Positions 55,502 to 64,000 of a stretch of 64,000 nucleotides of DNA are shown one piece after another. The stretch comes from an uncultured Acidobacteriota bacterium. Lineage in GTDB: Bacteria > Acidobacteriota > Thermoanaerobaculia > Multivoradales > UBA5704. The notes below the pieces were generated by a model. The model saw only the letters and a program-made list of their open reading frames with translations, did not search any database and was not told the DNA's origin. Numbering within the stretch: the stretch's first letter is position 1; each line of letters starts with the position of its first letter. Position numbers and translations under genes: made by a program. The stretch lies in contig CAVYRF010000002.1 of NCBI GenBank assembly GCA_963770895.1, forward strand, positions 1,536,001 through 1,600,000, read 5' to 3'.

Positions 55502-57358
55502 GTGAAGCTCCTGGGCATCAGCTGCTACTACCACGATTCGGCGGCCTGCCTGATCGACGGCGGCCGCATCGTCGCCGCCGCGCAGGAGGAGCGCTTCACC
55601 CGCATCAAGCACGACAGCGCGTTTCCCACCAACGCGGTGCGCTACTGCCTGGCCGAGGCGGCGGCCGGCGGACCGGCGATCCAGCGCCTGGACGGCGTGG
55701 TGTTCTACGACAAGCCGCTGCTCAAGTTCCACCGCATCCTGGAAACCTACCTGGCGGTGGCGCCGCGCGGCCTGCGCTCCGCCGTGCAGGCGGTGCCGCT
55801 GTGGCTGCGCGAAAAGCTGTGGATCCCGCCGCGCATCGAAGAGGCGCTGGAAGCCTGCGGCGTCGCGGAGCCGGCGGACATCTACTTTACCGAGCATCAC
55901 GAATCGCACGCCGCGAGCGCCTTCTACCCCTCGCCCTTCGACGAGGCGGCGGTGCTCACCCTGGACGGCGTGGGCGAATGGGCGACCACCACGATCGGCG
56001 TCGGCGAAGGCGAAAAGCTGCGGCTGATCCGTGAGATGACCTTCCCGCATTCGCTGGGGCTGCTGTACTCGGCGTTCACCTACTTCACCGGCTTCAAGGT
56101 CAACTCCGGCGAATACAAGCTGATGGGGCTCGCCCCCTACGGCACGCCGCGCTATGCCGACACGATCAAGAACAAGCTCCTGGACCTCAAGGACGACGGC
56201 TCCTTCCGCATGAACATGGAGTACTTCGGCTACCTCGACGGCCTGGCGATGACCAACGACCGCTTCGCCGCCCTGTTCGGCGGCCCGCCGCGGCAACCGG
56301 AGTCGCCGATCGGCCAGCGCGAGATGGACCTGGCGCGCTCCATCCAGGAGGTCACCGAAGAGATCGTGCTGAGGCTCGCCCGCCACGCGCGCGAGCTGAC
56401 CGGCAAGCGCCACCTGTGCATGGCCGGCGGCGTGGCGCTCAACTGCGTCGCCAACGGCATCCTGCTGCGCGCCGGCATCTTCGACGACGTCTGGATTCAA
56501 CCGGCGGCCGGCGACGCCGGGGGCGCGCTGGGAGCGCCGCTGGCGCTGTGGCACAACGCCATGGGCAAGCCGCGCGTCACGGTCAGCGGCCAGGCGGGCA
56601 CGCGGCGCGATCTGATGCAGGGCGCCCTGCTGGGCCCCGACTTCACGCCGGCGCAGATCCGCGCCTACCTGGACGAGCAGGGCCTGCCCTACGAAGAGCT
56701 GGCCGACGCCGACTGGGCGCCGCGCATCGCCGCGGTGATCGCCGCGGACGCGGTGGTCGGCCTGTGCCACGGCCGCATGGAGTTCGGCCCGCGGGCGCTG
56801 GGCAACCGCTCGATCGTCGGCGACGCCCGCTCGCCCCGCATGCAGTCGATCATGAACCTGAAGATCAAGTACCGCGAGAGCTTCCGCCCGTTCGCGCCCA
56901 GCGTCCTCGAAGAGCGCGTCGGCGACTACTTCGAGCTGGACCGGCCCTCGCCCTACATGCTGCTGGTGGCCGACGTGGTCGCGGGGCGGCGCCTGCCGCG
57001 GCGCGGCGACGAAGAATCGCTGCCGCTGGTCGAGTGGGTCAACCGCCCGCGCTCGGACATCCCCGCCATCACCCACGTCGACTACTCGGCGCGCATCCAG
57101 ACCGTCAGCCACGAAGAGAACCCGCGCTATCATGCATTGCTGCGCGAGTTCGAGCGGCGCACCGGCTACGGCGTGATCGTCAACACCAGCTTCAACGTGC
57201 GCGGCGAACCGATCGTCTGCACTCCCGAAGACGCCTACCGCTGCTTCATGCGCACCGAGATGGACTACCTGGTCCTGGGGCCGTTTCTGCTCGACAAGAA
57301 AGCCCAGCCGGCCTACGCCGACCGCGGCAACTGGCGTCAGGACTACCAGCTGGACTGA
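55502..57358 (+). CDS. O-carbamoyltransferase (NodU/CmcH/SxtI family)
   Basis: LGISCYYHDSAA, EERFTRIKHD, EHHESHAASAF, GEYKLMGLAPYG, GPRALGNRSI, NTSFNVRGEPIV. Confidence 0.95.
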   Translation: MKLLGISCYYHDSAACLIDGGRIVAAAQEERFTRIKHDSAFPTNAVRYCLAEAAAGGPAIQRLDGVVFYDKPLLKFHRILETYLAVAPRGLRSAVQAVPLWLREKLWIPPRIEEALEACGVAEPADIYFTEHHESHAASAFYPSPFDEAAVLTLDGVGEWATTTIGVGEGEKLRLIREMTFPHSLGLLYSAFTYFTGFKVNSGEYKLMGLAPYGTPRYADTIKNKLLDLKDDGSFRMNMEYFGYLDGLAMTNDRFAALFGGPPRQPESPIGQREMDLARSIQEVTEEIVLRLARHARELTGKRHLCMAGGVALNCVANGILLRAGIFDDVWIQPAAGDAGGALGAPLALWHNAMGKPRVTVSGQAGTRRDLMQGALLGPDFTPAQIRAYLDEQGLPYEELADADWAPRIAAVIAADAVVGLCHGRMEFGPRALGNRSIVGDARSPRMQSIMNLKIKYRESFRPFAPSVLEERVGDYFELDRPSPYMLLVADVVAGRRLPRRGDEESLPLVEWVNRPRSDIPAITHVDYSARIQTVSHEENPRYHALLREFERRTGYGVIVNTSFNVRGEPIVCTPEDAYRCFMRTEMDYLVLGPFLLDKKAQPAYADRGNWRQDYQLD

Positions 57359-57427
57359 GTGCAACTCCCACTGGCGCCGGTCGCCCGTTGCCCACCGCCG
57401 CCAGCAAAGCCTGAGGGAACCGCAACC

Positions 57428-57592
57428 ATGCGCAAGTTTCGCTACGTCGGCTCGATTGCCAGCGAGATCTTCCAGTTCGCCCGCCAGCATAAGGTGTACT
57501 GGATCGTGCCGTTTGTCCTCATCCTGGCGTTGGTGATCGTGCTGGTGCTGACCAGCCAGGCGGCGGCGCCGTTCATCTACACGCTGTTCTGA
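57428..57592 (+). CDS. DUF5989/SxtK-like small membrane protein
   Basis: K.YW..P.......APFIYTLF C-terminal signature. Confidence 0.88.
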   Translation: MRKFRYVGSIASEIFQFARQHKVYWIVPFVLILALVIVLVLTSQAAAPFIYTLF

Positions 57593-58833
57593 GGCCGCTG
57601 CTGACGCCCCTGTCCGCAGCACCGTCTCCTCCTCCCCGCCGCGGCGGCGGCCGGGCGGCCAAGCTGGCCCTTGCCGCCGCCTCCGCCCTGTTCGCGCTGC
57701 TGCTCGGCGAGGCGGCGCTGCGCATCGCCGGCGTCGCCTATCCCAACTTCTACGGCCCCGACGCCGACCGCGGCTGGGGCCTGCGGCCGGGCGCCGAAGG
57801 CTGGTGGCGCAAGGAGGGCCTGGCCTGGGTGCGGATCAGCAGCGCCGGCCTGCGCGACGTCGAGCACGCCCGCCCCAAACCCCCCGGCCACCTGCGCATC
57901 GCGGTGCTCGGCGATTCCTGCGCCGAAGCGCTGCAGGTGCCGATCGAGCAGACGTTCTGGAAGCTGCTGGAGCGCCAGCTGGCGAGCTGCCCGGCGGTCG
58001 CCGGCAGGACCGTGGAAGCCATCGATTTCGGCGTCGCCGGCTACGGCACGGCGCAGGAGCTGCTGACCCTGCGGCGCGACGTCTTCGCCTTCCAGCCCGA
58101 CGTCGTGCTGCTCGCCTTCTACCCCGGCAACGACGTGCGCAACAACGCACGGCAGCTCGAACAGGACCCGCTGCGCCCCTACTTCACGCTCGACGCCGGC
58201 GGCCGCCTGGCGCTCGACGACGCCTTCCGCGACACCCTGGGCTACCGGCTCCGCCGCGGCGTCGCCGGCCGCGTCGCCTACGCCGCCTACGACCACGTGC
58301 GGCTGCTGCAGGTCGCCAAGGAGGGCAAGTCCGTCGTCGACGGCTGGATCGGCGCCGCCAGGGCGCGCACCAAGGAGCAGGGCGCGGCGCTGCAGGAGCT
58401 GGGACTGGACAACGCGGTCTACGCGCCGCCCAAGGACCAGGACTGGCGCGACGCCTGGCGCGTCACCGAGGCGCTGATCGCCGCCATGCGCGACCAGGCC
58501 ACCGCCCACCGCGTGCCCTTCGGCGTGGTGCTGCTGTCGACCGGCATGCAGGTCCATCCCGACGCCGCGGTGCGCGATCAGTTCATGCGCAAGCTGGGGG
58601 TTGCCGATCTCTTCTATCCCGGCCGGCGGCTTGCCGCGTTTGCCGCCGGCGCCGGCATCCCGCTGCTCGACCTGGCGCCGCCGCTGGCGCAGCTGGCGTC
58701 CAGCCGGCGTCTTTTCCTGCACGGCTTTGCCAACACCGCTCCCGGCGACGGCCACTGGAACGCCAGCGGCCACGCCGCCGCCGCGCCGCTGATCGCCGAC
58801 TGGCTCTGCCGCCGTCTGCTGCCGCCGGCCTGA
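57589..58833 (+). CDS. SGNH/GDSL hydrolase-family protein with N-terminal TM anchor (probable CTG start)
   Basis: LGDSCAE, GVAGYGTAQE, GND, DGHWN. The frame is open upstream of 57829 and includes LLGEAALR..D..RGW.L.P, but offers only CTG start codons. Confidence 0.8.
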   Translation: MRPLLTPLSAAPSPPPRRGGGRAAKLALAAASALFALLLGEAALRIAGVAYPNFYGPDADRGWGLRPGAEGWWRKEGLAWVRISSAGLRDVEHARPKPPGHLRIAVLGDSCAEALQVPIEQTFWKLLERQLASCPAVAGRTVEAIDFGVAGYGTAQELLTLRRDVFAFQPDVVLLAFYPGNDVRNNARQLEQDPLRPYFTLDAGGRLALDDAFRDTLGYRLRRGVAGRVAYAAYDHVRLLQVAKEGKSVVDGWIGAARARTKEQGAALQELGLDNAVYAPPKDQDWRDAWRVTEALIAAMRDQATAHRVPFGVVLLSTGMQVHPDAAVRDQFMRKLGVADLFYPGRRLAAFAAGAGIPLLDLAPPLAQLASSRRLFLHGFANTAPGDGHWNASGHAAAAPLIADWLCRRLLPPA

Positions 58834-58888
58834 GCCGGCCGCGCCCCCGCCTTGCCGGTTCGTCGTGGTTGCGCGAGAATAGGTGACC

Positions 58889-59365
58889 ATGCGCTTCAGG
58901 CCCGTTCACGGAATCGCCGCGGTCGTGCTGTTCATGGGTGTCGTCGTCGTGGCGGACATGGCCATGGACGGGCGCCTGGGTGAGACGTCTTCCTACGAGC
59001 GGGTCGTCGCCGGCCAGGACGGGGACGTCAGGATCGACCTGGCGGGCCTCGGACCGCAACAGGTCCGCTTCTTCCATTTCCTCAATCCCGCCAATCAAGA
59101 GGTCTGGTTCTTTGTCGGGCGCGATGCCACCGGCCAGGTGCAGGTGGCGTTCGACGCCGACGAAGTGTGCGCCAAGTCCAAGCGCGGCTTCCGGCACGAT
59201 GGCGAATGGATGGTCTGCAAGAAGTGCGACAAGTCCTTCCGCCTGTCCGAGGTCAATGCGGGCGGCGGCGGTTGCAAACCGGTGCCGCTGCCCCACCGCC
59301 TGGCGGGCAGCCAACTGCTGATCGCGCAGGCCGACGTGCTCGCCGGCTGGCGGCTCTTCCACTAG
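58889..59365 (+). CDS. DUF2318-family (FtrD-like) Fe-S membrane protein
   Basis: AFDADEVC...GF...MVCKKC...GGCKPVPL. Confidence 0.8.
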   Translation: MRFRPVHGIAAVVLFMGVVVVADMAMDGRLGETSSYERVVAGQDGDVRIDLAGLGPQQVRFFHFLNPANQEVWFFVGRDATGQVQVAFDADEVCAKSKRGFRHDGEWMVCKKCDKSFRLSEVNAGGGGCKPVPLPHRLAGSQLLIAQADVLAGWRLFH

Positions 59366-59477
59366 TGGCCCGTGCCCCTGGCACCCTTCCCGCCCCGACC
59401 TGGAACTATCGTGAAATCAGAGCTTTGACGGAGCCACTCGGGATGGTATATCGTCGGGCGGTCCGGAAAGGATAGCC

Positions 59478-59972
59478 ATGTCCGCAGCCGACTTCGTGCT
59501 CTACGAAGAAGAGTTCAAACATCTGGAGGAGGCCCTGCGTCGTCTGCGGCAGGAGGCCAACGGCAAGGCCGTGTTCTTGATCGACAAGAACGGCCAGCAG
59601 ATCGCGGCTGCGGGTGAGATCGAGCAGTTTGACGTCACCTCCCTCGCCTCGCTGACCGCGGGCAATGTCGCCGCCACCGACGGGCTTGCCAAACTCATCG
59701 GCGAGCGGGAATTTTCAGTGCTGTTCCACGAAGGGCAGCAGGACCACATCCACATTTCGATCGTCGCCAAGCGCGCGATCCTGGTGGTGATCTTCGACGA
59801 CCGCTCTTCGCTCGGCCTGGTGCGGCTGCGCGTCAAGCGAGCCAACGGCGACCTCGAAAAGATCTTCGAGGTGATGGTGCAGAAGGGCGAGCGGGACGCC
59901 ATGGGGCCTTCCCATGCCAGCCCGTTCTCCGAGATTACCGACGACGATATCGACGCGCTTTTCGGGGAGTGA
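59478..59972 (+). CDS. mglB: Roadblock/LC7 GTPase-activating protein MglB
   Basis: FLIDKNGQ, SLASLTAGNVAAT.GLAKLIGE.EF, SSLGLVRLR, C-terminal SPFSEITDDDIDALF. Confidence 0.92.
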   Translation: MSAADFVLYEEEFKHLEEALRRLRQEANGKAVFLIDKNGQQIAAAGEIEQFDVTSLASLTAGNVAATDGLAKLIGEREFSVLFHEGQQDHIHISIVAKRAILVVIFDDRSSLGLVRLRVKRANGDLEKIFEVMVQKGERDAMGPSHASPFSEITDDDIDALFGE

Positions 59973-60116
59973 TCGCGGCGCGAGCGCCCGAAGCGTGGCT
60001 CTGACATCCCGCATCCCGGCCTGTCTGGAATCGCGGTGGGACCCTCCGAGCAGGCACAGAGGCTCCATCCGGCCGCAATGGGGCGGGCAGTGCGGGTCAC
60101 GGCGTGAGGCAAGCGG

Positions 60117-60701
60117 ATGACCTTCATCAACTACGCGAGCAAGGAGATCAACTGCAAGATCGTCTACTACGGCCCCGGCCTGTGTGGCAAGACGACCAAC
60201 TTGCAGTACATCTATAACAAGACGTCGCCGGACTCGAAGGGCAAAATGATCTCGCTCGCCACCGAGGCCGACCGCACCCTGTTTTTCGACTTTTTGCCGC
60301 TGGACCTGGGCAGCATCCGCGGCTTCACCACCCGCTTTCACCTGTACACGGTGCCGGGGCAGGTGTTTTACGACGCCAGCCGCAAGCTCATCCTGAAGGG
60401 CGTCGACGGCGTGGTGTTCGTGGCGGACAGCCAGGACGAGCGGATGGAAGCCAACATCGAATCCATCCGCAACCTGGAACAGAACCTGAAAGAGCACGGT
60501 TTTGACCTGGCGAACATCCCCTATGCCCTGCAATTCAACAAGCGCGACCTGTCCAACGTAGCCCCGGCCGAAGAGATGTACCGCACGCTCAACTACAAGC
60601 GGGAACCCACCTTCGAAGCGGTGGCGACGACCGGCGTCGGCGTCTTCGACACCCTCAAGTCGGTCGCCAAGCAGATCCTGATCGAGCTCAAAAAGCGGTA
60701 G
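60117..60701 (+). CDS. mglA: Small Ras-like GTPase MglA
   Basis: [42 protein letters not shown]. Confidence 0.95.
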   Translation: MTFINYASKEINCKIVYYGPGLCGKTTNLQYIYNKTSPDSKGKMISLATEADRTLFFDFLPLDLGSIRGFTTRFHLYTVPGQVFYDASRKLILKGVDGVVFVADSQDERMEANIESIRNLEQNLKEHGFDLANIPYALQFNKRDLSNVAPAEEMYRTLNYKREPTFEAVATTGVGVFDTLKSVAKQILIELKKR

Positions 60702-60746
60702 TGCTGCGGCGCTGTCGTAAAGGCTAGCTGTTGAAGATGGCTGACG

Positions 60747-61829
60747 ATGGTTGAGGTCCCCGCGAACCGTCCTCCCGCATTGGCCGCGATCGGCGGCGGC
60801 ACCGGCCTGTCGGCGCTGCTGCGCGGCCTCAAGGCGTATACCGGCACGGCGCGCCTGGGGAGCCTGACCGGCGTCGTCACGGTCACCGACGACGGCGGCT
60901 CCTCGGGGCTGCTGCGCAAGGAATTCGGCGTCCTGCCGCCGGGCGACATCCGCAACTGCATCGTCGCGCTGGCCGACGATGAAGCCCTGCTGGCCCGCCT
61001 GTTCCAGTACCGCTTCCCCAATGGCGGCGGCCTGGTCGGACACTCCTTCGGCAATCTGTTTCTGACCGCCCTCACCGGCATCACCGGCGACTTTCACCAG
61101 GCGATCCTCACCGCCGAATCGATCCTCTCGGTGCGCGGCAAGGTCTATCCCGCGACCGTGACCGACGTGCGGTTGCGCGGCCGCGGCGTCTCGGGCGCGG
61201 TGTACGAAGGCGAAACTGCCATCGGCAGGGCGGGCACCGACCTGGACTCGATCGAGCTGGATCCGGCGGCACCGCCCGCCTTCCCGCCGGCGGTGGCGGC
61301 GCTGGAAAGCGCCGACGCCATCGTGCTGGGCCCCGGTTCGCTGTACACCTCGATCCTGCCCAACCTGCTCATCCCCGGCATCCGCCAGGCGTTCGGCAAC
61401 AGCCCGGCGCGGGTGATCCTGGTGCTCAACCTGATGACGCAGCCCGGCGAAACGGACGCCATGATGGCGGCGGCGCACCTGCGGGCGATCGAGCGCCACG
61501 TGCGGGCCGGCTTCGTCCACACGGTCCTCTACAACGCGACACCCATCCCCCAGGCGCTGCTCGCCCATTACGCCAAGGCCGGCTCCGAGCCGGTCACCGT
61601 CCAGGGGGACGCCCTGCGGCGCTCGGGCGTCGAGGTGGTCGCCGCCGACCTGCTGGCCGAAGGCGACCTGGTCCGCCACGATTCCGCCAAGGTGGCGCGG
61701 GCGGTGCTCGACCTGGTGGCCCCGGCGGCCGCGCCCGTGGCCGCGCAGCCGCGCGGCAGCCATCGCGCGCCCGCCGGCCAGGCCGCCGCCGTCGCCGCCG
61801 CCGGCCCGCGCGGCGCCTTGCCCGACTGA
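60747..61829 (+). CDS. yvcK: YvcK/GlmR (UPF0052) UDP-GlcNAc-binding protein
   Basis: IGGGTGLS.LLRGLK, VTDDGGSSG, PPGDIRNC, GHSFGNL, GPGSLYTS, NLMTQPGET, RHDS.K. Confidence 0.92.
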   Translation: MVEVPANRPPALAAIGGGTGLSALLRGLKAYTGTARLGSLTGVVTVTDDGGSSGLLRKEFGVLPPGDIRNCIVALADDEALLARLFQYRFPNGGGLVGHSFGNLFLTALTGITGDFHQAILTAESILSVRGKVYPATVTDVRLRGRGVSGAVYEGETAIGRAGTDLDSIELDPAAPPAFPPAVAALESADAIVLGPGSLYTSILPNLLIPGIRQAFGNSPARVILVLNLMTQPGETDAMMAAAHLRAIERHVRAGFVHTVLYNATPIPQALLAHYAKAGSEPVTVQGDALRRSGVEVVAADLLAEGDLVRHDSAKVARAVLDLVAPAAAPVAAQPRGSHRAPAGQAAAVAAAGPRGALPD

Positions 61830-63106
61830 TGGCCGCCATGACGCCGCCGGTTGCCGTCGTGCTGGCCGCCGGCCGCGGCACCCGCATGCGCTCGCGGCTG
61901 CCCAAGGTGCTGCACCAGGCCGCCGGCCGGCCGCTGCTGGCGTGGGTGCTGGACGCGGCGCGCGCCGCCGGCTGCGGCCGCATTCTGGTGGTCGTCGGGC
62001 ACGGCGGCGAGCAGGTGCGCGCCGCGATCGCCGGCGACGACATCACCTGGGTGACGCAGCACGAGCAGCGCGGCACCGGTCACGCCCTGGCCCAGGTGGC
62101 GCCGCACGTCGCGGGCGAAGCCCTGCTGCTGGTGCTGTCGGGCGACGTGCCGCTGGTCGGCGCCGCGACCCTGCGGCGGCTGCTGGCGGCGGCCGGCGCG
62201 GCGACGCCGGCGGCGGGGCCAGGCGGGGGCGGCCGGGAGGAGAGCGGCGCCGGCGGCGCACCGGAGGAAGGCGGCCCCTGGGGCGCCATGGCGGTCGCCG
62301 ACCTGAACGATCCGGGCCGGCTGGGGCGGGTGATCGCCGGCGACGGCGGCGACGGCGGCGATACCGAAGCCAAGGGAGCCAACGGCGGCAGCCGTGGCGG
62401 CGACGGCGTCCTGCGGCGCATCGTCGAAGCGGCGGATGCCGGACCGGCGGAGCTGGCGCTGCGGACGGTCAACGCCGGCCTGTATGCCCTGCCGGCGCCG
62501 GAGATCTTCGCCTTCCTGGACCGGCTGTCGCCGGCCAATGCCCAGGGCGAGCTCTACCTGACCGACGCCGTCACCGCCGCCGCGGCGGCCGGGCGGCGGG
62601 TGCACCTGGTGCGCCTGGACCAGCCGCTCGAAGCGCAAGGGGTCAACGACCGGCGGGAGCTGGCGGCGGCGCACCGGTGGCTGCTCGACCGCCACCTGGA
62701 ACGCCTGATGGATGCCGGGGTCGGCGTGATGGAGCCGGCGCGCACGGTGGTCGAGCCGACGGTCTGTGTCGGCGCCGATACGGTGATCCACCCACAGGTG
62801 TCGCTGCTGGGCAACACCCGGGTGGGCGCGGGATGCGTGCTGCACCAGGGCGCCTGGGTGCGCGACAGCCAGCTGGCCGACGCGGTGATCGTCCACCCCT
62901 ACAGCGTGCTGGACGGCGCGGTCGTCGCCGCGGACTGCAGCGTCGGGCCGTTCGCCCGCCTGGGGCCGGCATCCCCCTTGCTACCGGGTGCCCGCATGGG
63001 CGACGTGCACCGGAGCGGCGATGACGCCGATCACCCCGATCGCGCCGATCGCGATGATCGCGAGGGTGAGGCCGCGGGCGGACAGCGCCGCCGGGAAGGG
63101 GACTGA
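61829..63106 (+). CDS. glmU: GlmU-like UDP-GlcNAc pyrophosphorylase with truncated acetyltransferase domain
   Basis: LAAGRGTRMRS.LPKVLH, GTGHA, GDVPL, NAQGELYLTD, GVND; the hexapeptide region stops shortly after VGPFARL. Confidence 0.85.
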   Translation: MAAMTPPVAVVLAAGRGTRMRSRLPKVLHQAAGRPLLAWVLDAARAAGCGRILVVVGHGGEQVRAAIAGDDITWVTQHEQRGTGHALAQVAPHVAGEALLLVLSGDVPLVGAATLRRLLAAAGAATPAAGPGGGGREESGAGGAPEEGGPWGAMAVADLNDPGRLGRVIAGDGGDGGDTEAKGANGGSRGGDGVLRRIVEAADAGPAELALRTVNAGLYALPAPEIFAFLDRLSPANAQGELYLTDAVTAAAAAGRRVHLVRLDQPLEAQGVNDRRELAAAHRWLLDRHLERLMDAGVGVMEPARTVVEPTVCVGADTVIHPQVSLLGNTRVGAGCVLHQGAWVRDSQLADAVIVHPYSVLDGAVVAADCSVGPFARLGPASPLLPGARMGDVHRSGDDADHPDRADRDDREGEAAGGQRRREGD

Positions 63107-63110
63107 CCCG

Positions 63111-64000
63111 ATGTGCGGGATCGTTGGCTACGTCGGCCACAAGGACGTGGTGCCGCTGCTGATGGAAGGTTTGCAGCGGCTGGAGTACCGGGGATACGAC
63201 TCGGCCGGGGTGGTGGCGGTGGCCGACGACCAGCTGTGCACCCTCAAGGCCGAAGGCAAGCTGGAACACCTGCGCGAAAAGGTCGCCCGCCAGCCGCTTG
63301 CCGGCCACTACGGGCTGGGCCACACGCGCTGGGCTACGCACGGGCCGCCCAGCGAGCGCAACGCCCACCCGATGCTCGATTCGCGCCGGCGCGTGGCGCT
63401 CATCCACAACGGCATCATCGAAAACTTCCTGCCGCTCAAGAAGCGCCTGCAGGCCGAAGGCTGGACCTTCAGCTCGGACACCGACACCGAGGTGGTCGCC
63501 AACCTCATCTCGTCCTACCTGGACCAGGGCGGCGGCCTGCGCCGGGCGGTCGCCCGCGCCTGCGCCGAGGTGGAGGGGATGTACGCCTTCGCGGTGGTGG
63601 CGGTCGGCCAGGGCGCGCACGACGGCAGCGGCAACGGCGCCGGTGCCCATGCCGACGATCGCGACCGTCAGGAGATCGTCGCCGCCCGCCAGGGGCCGCC
63701 GCTGGCGATCGGCCTCGGACGCGGCGAGCAGTACCTGGCCTCCGATCCCGCGGCGCTTTTGGCGCACACCCGCGACGTCATCTTTCTGGAAAACGGCGAC
63801 CTCGCCAGCCTGAAGCCGGGCGGCGTGACGATCTGGGACCGCGCCGGCAACCCTGTCGAACGCGCCGTCCAGCACCTCAACTGGGACCCCGTGCAGGCTG
63901 AAAAGGGCGGCTACAAGCACTTCATGCTCAAGGAGATCCACGAGCAGAGCCAGGCCGTGCAGGACACCCTGGGGGCCAGGGTCGACTTCGCGCGCGGCGA
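63111..64000 (+). CDS. glmS: Glutamine--fructose-6-phosphate transaminase (partial, runs off window)
   Basis: MCGIVGY...LEYRGYDSAG, GHTRWATHG, HNGIIEN, SDTDTEV, KGGYKHFMLKEIHEQ. Confidence 0.96.
   Translation, partial: MCGIVGYVGHKDVVPLLMEGLQRLEYRGYDSAGVVAVADDQLCTLKAEGKLEHLREKVARQPLAGHYGLGHTRWATHGPPSERNAHPMLDSRRRVALIHNGIIENFLPLKKRLQAEGWTFSSDTDTEVVANLISSYLDQGGGLRRAVARACAEVEGMYAFAVVAVGQGAHDGSGNGAGAHADDRDRQEIVAARQGPPLAIGLGRGEQYLASDPAALLAHTRDVIFLENGDLASLKPGGVTIWDRAGNPVERAVQHLNWDPVQAEKGGYKHFMLKEIHEQSQAVQDTLGARVDFARG

Noticed and set aside
54979-57592. Saxitoxin biosynthesis cluster
   Set aside because: Only the sxtI/J/K-like trio is present, with no sxtA, sxtG or other core genes. The trio is common in non-producers.

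Overview
High-GC bacterial chromosome segment. The gene families (secreted proteins ending in a 'KVLNAC..FWVF.GGLTN..TDTQTG' domain, HTH/TPR-like pairs, LxLxxET-leader peptides) suggest Acidobacteriota, probably class Thermoanaerobaculia; this is an inference. Most of the window is housekeeping or envelope genes: wzm/wzt, FKBP, hutI, divIVA, yggS, slt, rpsU, an ABC-2 pair, an S53 peptidase, amidase-GerMN-murI, an sxtJ/carbamoyltransferase/sxtK-like/SGNH cluster, mglB-mglA-yvcK-glmU-glmS, and two tRNAs. An accessory island at about 15.7-29.9 kb carries the most unusual system: an Rhs/YD polymorphic toxin split across two overlapping genes, each with its own Sec-type signal peptide. Gene A encodes a C39 peptidase plus the YD shell; gene B encodes Ig domains, the rest of the shell with three inserted repeats, the Rhs core and a toxin tip. 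These are followed by an immunity gene, an IS3 remnant, a probable third tip remnant, an orphan tip/immunity cassette and decayed HTH/TPR genes. Other notable items: two stand-alone lanthipeptide-like precursors with a shared leader, a GAF protein with a RomX-like C-terminus, a truncated GlmU, several apparent pseudoenzymes, a 164-bp hairpin MITE-like element and several leaderless-type promoters. All family assignments come from motif recognition by eye, not from database searches.
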